Positions 60,392 to 64,000 of a stretch of 64,000 bases of DNA are shown here, piece after piece. The number at the start of each line of letters is the position of its first letter. Positions within the stretch are counted from its first letter, which is position 1. The notes under the pieces are model-generated. The model made no database searches. It saw only the letters and a program-made list of their open reading frames with translations, and had not been told where the DNA came from. The stretch is taken from positions 32,001-96,000 of the forward strand of contig CBFGKH010000003.1 of the NCBI GenBank assembly GCA_965649295.1, given 5' to 3'. The DNA is from a candidate division WOR-3 bacterium (GTDB taxonomy: Bacteria; Hydrothermota; Tepidihabitantia; Tepidihabitantales; Tepidihabitantaceae). Position numbers and translations under genes: made by a program.

Positions 60392-61702
60392 TCAGGCGAA
60401 ACGCCGGCCCTGGAACTTGCCGCCTTTGACCAACCCTTCATAATGGCGCATCACCAGATGGGCCTCGATCTGCTGAAGCGTATCGAGCGCGACGCCGACG
60501 ATAATCATCAACGTCGTGCCGCCAAAATAGAAGGGTACCCGGAACGCACTCATCAGATACCAAGGCATCAAGGCCATGATAACCAGTGTCAGTGCGCCCG
60601 GCAGGGTCAGTAGCGTCAAGCTGCGATCAATGAACTCGGCAGTCTTCTCACCGGGCCGAATACCGGGTATGAAGCCGCCATACCGCTGCATGTTGTCGGC
60701 AAGGTCACGGGGATTGAAGACAACCGAGGTGTAGAAGTAGGTAAAGAAGATTATCAACGCCGCATAGAGCAGGTTGTACAGCCAGCCGCCGGGATTGAGG
60801 ATATGAACCAAGGTCTGCAGCCAGGAGACCTTGATGAACGGCGCAAAGCTTGAGGGGAACACAACCAGACTCTGGGCGAAGATGATCGGAATCACGCCCG
60901 CAGTCCAAAGCCGCAGCGGAATGTGGGTTGACTGGCCGCCGTACATCCGCCGACCGACAAACCGCTTCGGATACTGCACCGGAATCTTGCGAATCGCCAT
61001 CGTCAACTGAACCACGACCGCATAGACTACAAAGATGAGGCCGGCCAAAAATAGCAGGGCCAGCCAGGAAATCTCACCAGCCCTGACCATGTTGAAGGTT
61101 CGGCCGACGTCACCGGGCATGCTGTCAAGACAACCAACAAGAATCAGGAACGAGATACCGTTGCCGATACCACGGTCGGTAATCTGCTCACCGAGCCACA
61201 TCGCCAAAATCGTCCCGGCAGTGAGCGTGATAATCGTCAGCATCCGGAAGAAGAAGCCGGCGCCGATGACAATCGGGCCATACTGGGTTGCCGGCTGATT
61301 CTCAAGATAGACAGCGATCGTTGCCGACTGGATGATGGCGAGCGCAACCGTGGCGTAGCGGGTGTACTGGTTTATCTTCTTGCGGCCTTCCTCATCACGC
61401 TGCAACCGCTCCAGCACCGGAAACACCGAACCGAGTAGCTGGAACACGATAGATGCCGAGATGTAGGGCATAATGCCCAGGGCGAAAACCGACGCCCGCG
61501 ACAGAGCACCGCCGACAAAGATATCGTAGAGTCCGAAAACCGTACCCCGCATCGTGCCGAGCAGATAGCCGAGTGCGGCCGCGTTGATACCCGGTACCGG
61601 GATGTGCGACCCCAGCCGATAGACCACCACCATCGCTAGGGTGAACAGGATCTTCCGGCGCAGGTCCGGAATCTTGAAGACGTTCGGGATGGAGCCGGTC
61701 AA
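60392..61702 (-). CDS. secY: Preprotein translocase SecY
   Basis: FALGIMPYISASI, GIGNGIS, IPGIRPG, FGGTTL. Confidence 0.99.
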   Translation of the reverse strand: MTGSIPNVFKIPDLRRKILFTLAMVVVYRLGSHIPVPGINAAALGYLLGTMRGTVFGLYDIFVGGALSRASVFALGIMPYISASIVFQLLGSVFPVLERLQRDEEGRKKINQYTRYATVALAIIQSATIAVYLENQPATQYGPIVIGAGFFFRMLTIITLTAGTILAMWLGEQITDRGIGNGISFLILVGCLDSMPGDVGRTFNMVRAGEISWLALLFLAGLIFVVYAVVVQLTMAIRKIPVQYPKRFVGRRMYGGQSTHIPLRLWTAGVIPIIFAQSLVVFPSSFAPFIKVSWLQTLVHILNPGGWLYNLLYAALIIFFTYFYTSVVFNPRDLADNMQRYGGFIPGIRPGEKTAEFIDRSLTLLTLPGALTLVIMALMPWYLMSAFRVPFYFGGTTLMIIVGVALDTLQQIEAHLVMRHYEGLVKGGKFQGRRFA

Positions 61703-62136
61703 GCGATAACCTCGGCTTTGCCGCCGGCCTTCTCAATCTTCTCTTTGGCGGTCTTGCTGAAGGCATGGGCGCTGACGGCGACGGCCCGTTTGAGCTCGCC
61801 ATCGCCCAGGACCTTCACTGGTCGGCCGCGCCGGACAAGGCCGCGTTCCCGCAGCAGCTCCACAGTCACGCTCTCGGCATCAAGCCGAGCCAGGTCGGCA
61901 ACATTGACCACCTCAAACTCGACCCGGTTCGGACTGGTGAATCCACGCTTGGGGATCCGGCGATAGAACGGCATCTGGCCGCCCTCAAACCGGGCATCGT
62001 GCCGCGGTGCCGAGTGCTGGCCAGCGCCCTTATGGCCCCGGCAAGAAGTCTTACCATGACCTGAGCCAACACCACAGCCGACCCGCTTACGCCGTTTCTT
62101 GGCCCCTGGTTCTGGCCGCAGTTCGCCCAGTCTCAC
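61699..62136 (-). CDS. rplO: 50S ribosomal protein L15
   Basis: GSGHGKTSCRGHKG, FEGGQMP. Confidence 0.98.
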   Translation of the reverse strand: MRLGELRPEPGAKKRRKRVGCGVGSGHGKTSCRGHKGAGQHSAPRHDARFEGGQMPFYRRIPKRGFTSPNRVEFEVVNVADLARLDAESVTVELLRERGLVRRGRPVKVLGDGELKRAVAVSAHAFSKTAKEKIEKAGGKAEVIA

Positions 62137-62312
62137 AGCTCCTCCACTTTGACAAGGTGCTTGACCTTGAAAATCATCCCCCGCGCGACCGGCCCATCAG
62201 CATGGATGCGGCTAGCACCAATCCGCCGCAGTCCAAGTGCCCGACAGGTGCGCTTGATGGGCTCTTTCTCGTCAATCAGACTTCTAACCAGCGTTACTTT
62301 CAACTGCTTCAT
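62133..62312 (-). CDS. rpmD: 50S ribosomal protein L30
   Basis: LKVTLVRSLI..ALGLRR..GMIFKVKHLV. Confidence 0.95.
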   Translation of the reverse strand: MKQLKVTLVRSLIDEKEPIKRTCRALGLRRIGASRIHADGPVARGMIFKVKHLVKVEEL

Positions 62313-62835
62313 GCTTGTGCCGTCTCTCCACGTAGTGACTAATCGGCTTGTTGCGAGCCGCTGCCACCTCTTCGATTGTCCGGCAGTTGGCCAGGGCACG
62401 GATTGCTGCCCGTGCCGTGTTGTAGGCGTTGCGCGACCCCAGCGACTTGGACAGAGCGTCGGAAAGCCCGGCCGCTTCGAGTACCGCCCGCACCTGCGGG
62501 CAGGCAATCAGACCGGTTCCCGGTGCAGCCGGCTTCACCAGCACCCGACTGGCACCATACTTGCCACTCGTCTCGTGCGGAATCGTCCTACCCTTGATTG
62601 CCACCCGAATCATATCCTTGCGGGCGCGGGTCGTTGCCTTGCGCACCGCGGCGGCAACTTCAGCCGCCTTGCCGTGCCCAAGCCCAACCTGACCCCGACC
62701 GTCACCAACCACGACCGAGGCGGAGAGGCGCATCCGCTTGCCGCCCTTCATCACCTTTGAGACGCGCTTGATATTGATGACGCGCTCGATTAGTTCCTGC
62801 TCAGGCAGGCCGGTTGTAGCCTGTTCGTCCATCAA
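62284..62835 (-). CDS. rpsE: 30S ribosomal protein S5
   Basis: RVSKVMKGGK, VVGDG.G.VG.G.GKA, PAAPGTG. Confidence 0.98.
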   Translation of the reverse strand: MMDEQATTGLPEQELIERVINIKRVSKVMKGGKRMRLSASVVVGDGRGQVGLGHGKAAEVAAAVRKATTRARKDMIRVAIKGRTIPHETSGKYGASRVLVKPAAPGTGLIACPQVRAVLEAAGLSDALSKSLGSRNAYNTARAAIRALANCRTIEEVAAARNKPISHYVERRHKHEAVESNAG

Positions 62836-63179
62836 AACTGCAATCCTCCCTCACGGGCGCCGTCCGCCACTGCCTTCACGCGGCCGTGATAGCGGTAACC
62901 GGCCCGGTCAAATACTACCTTGCTCACCCCGAGCTCCTTGGCTTTAGCTGCCATCAGCTTGCCGACCTCGCGGGCGGCATCGGTTCGCTTCAGCTTCTTC
63001 TCCCTTATCTCCGACAAAAGCGAGGAGACGCCGGTCAGCACGCGGCCCTTGCTGTCGTCAACCAGCATCGCGTAGATGTAGTTGTTACTCCGCTTGACGC
63101 AGAGTCGCGGCCGTTCCGCAGTTCCGGAAATCCGGCGTCGGATACTAAGGTGCCGTCTGATACGCCTATCAATAGCCAT
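62832..63179 (-). CDS. rplR: 50S ribosomal protein L18
   Basis: GTAERPRL, VFDRAGYRYHGRV..VADGAREGGL. Confidence 0.98.
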   Translation of the reverse strand: MAIDRRIRRHLSIRRRISGTAERPRLCVKRSNNYIYAMLVDDSKGRVLTGVSSLLSEIREKKLKRTDAAREVGKLMAAKAKELGVSKVVFDRAGYRYHGRVKAVADGAREGGLQF

Positions 63180-63186
63180 TCCGTGA

Positions 63187-63214
63187 ATACTATTCAGCTG
63201 AGGCGCACTGTCAA
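63187..63214 (-). promoter_or_regulatory. Promoter of the rplR-secY block (leaderless candidate)
   Basis: TTGACA-N16-TAGTAT, 7 nt before ATG, no SD. Confidence 0.75.
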
Positions 63215-63232
63215 GCTCAGAGCCACCGCTGG

Positions 63233-64000
63233 CTAGACCAGCGCATCGGCCAGGATCCGGAATATCATCTCGTCGTAGGAGATACCGGCCGCCTGCGCCT
63301 GCGCCGGCAGGTCCGAGATATCGGTGAGGCCGGGCAGGGTGTTCAACTCCAGCACATACGGCACCTTGCCGCCCTTGATGATGAAATCGGTGCGGGAGAA
63401 CCCGCGGCAGCCGAGCAGGCGGTGGGTGCGCATTGCCAGCTCTTTCACCTGCGCCTCTACCTTCACATCAAGTCGCGCCGGAATGACAAAATCGGTCTCG
63501 CCACGGGTGTACTTCGCCTCGTAGTCATAGAACCGCTGCCGCTTCGGAACCAGTTCGAGCACCGGCAAGACCTCGTCAATCAGGATACCGACCGTCGCAA
63601 TCATGCCGGGGATGAACTGTTCGAGCAGGACATCGCCGAACCCGCGCCGCACGCGCTCGCACCGGTCCGCTGCTCCCCGTCGCCCTTCCAGCAGCTCAAT
63701 CCCGACGCTTGAACCTTCGGCCCGCGGCTTGGCAATCATCGGGTAGCCGAACCGTTTCTCGGCCTCGGCCAAGCCGGGCAAGACCTCACTCCGCTGCGTG
63801 ATGACAACGTAGTCAGGAGTCGGAATCCCAACCCGCTCCATCAACATCTTGGTGATAACCTTGTCAATCGCACAGGCCGAGGCAGTGATGCCCGAACCGG
63901 TGTAGGGAATGCCCAGCAGGTCGAGATAGCCCTGAATCGAGCCGTCCTCGCCCGGCCGGCCGTGCAGGATGATGAACGCCAGGTCAATCTTGGCCTGCTT
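63233..64000 (-). CDS. ddl: D-alanine-D-alanine ligase (5' end outside window)
   Basis: LHGRPGEDG, PYTGSG, EGSSVG, FYDYEAKY, ELNTLPG. Confidence 0.96.
   Translation of the reverse strand, partial: KQAKIDLAFIILHGRPGEDGSIQGYLDLLGIPYTGSGITASACAIDKVITKMLMERVGIPTPDYVVITQRSEVLPGLAEAEKRFGYPMIAKPRAEGSSVGIELLEGRRGAADRCERVRRGFGDVLLEQFIPGMIATVGILIDEVLPVLELVPKRQRFYDYEAKYTRGETDFVIPARLDVKVEAQVKELAMRTHRLLGCRGFSRTDFIIKGGKVPYVLELNTLPGLTDISDLPAQAQAAGISYDEMIFRILADALV

Overview
64 kb of a ~60% GC Gram-negative bacterial chromosome. TonB proteins and secreted proteins with T9SS-like C-terminal tails suggest an FCB-group lineage, possibly WOR-3 (inference only). Most of the window is housekeeping: rho-rpmE-prfB (with the +1 frameshift), grpE-dnaK-dnaJ-rsmE-rpsU-mutS2-dnaG-rpoD-rsmI-pgsA-hflX, dtd-yicC-gmk-rpoZ-coaBC-dnaB-radA, a detached rplR-rpsE-rpmD-rplO-secY block, and ddl. 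Accessory content: (i) an apparent light/UV operon made of a CarH-type B12 photoreceptor domain without an HTH, a DevABC-like exporter, DUF523-DUF1722 and UvsE; (ii) two ECF sigma/anti-sigma loci, one with an anti-sigma-TonB fusion and a promoter motif shared with the adjacent tonB; (iii) a small island after an ABC exporter, with a duplicated gene 3' end, two toxin-antitoxin pairs, an ABC-ATPase-HEPN-Zn-finger protein and REP-like remnants; (iv) an Rrf2-FeS-cupin-hcp operon; (v) surface beta-propeller genes. Two non-gene patterns stand out. One is a dispersed element (conserved ~85 bp head plus a degenerate 12-nt periodic tail) present twice, each time upstream of a secreted T9SS-tail protein. 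The other is a run of sigma70-like promoters with a 16-bp spacer, many apparently driving leaderless mRNAs. No rRNA, tRNA, CRISPR array or integrase/transposase was recognised. All calls come from reading the sequence; no searches were run.
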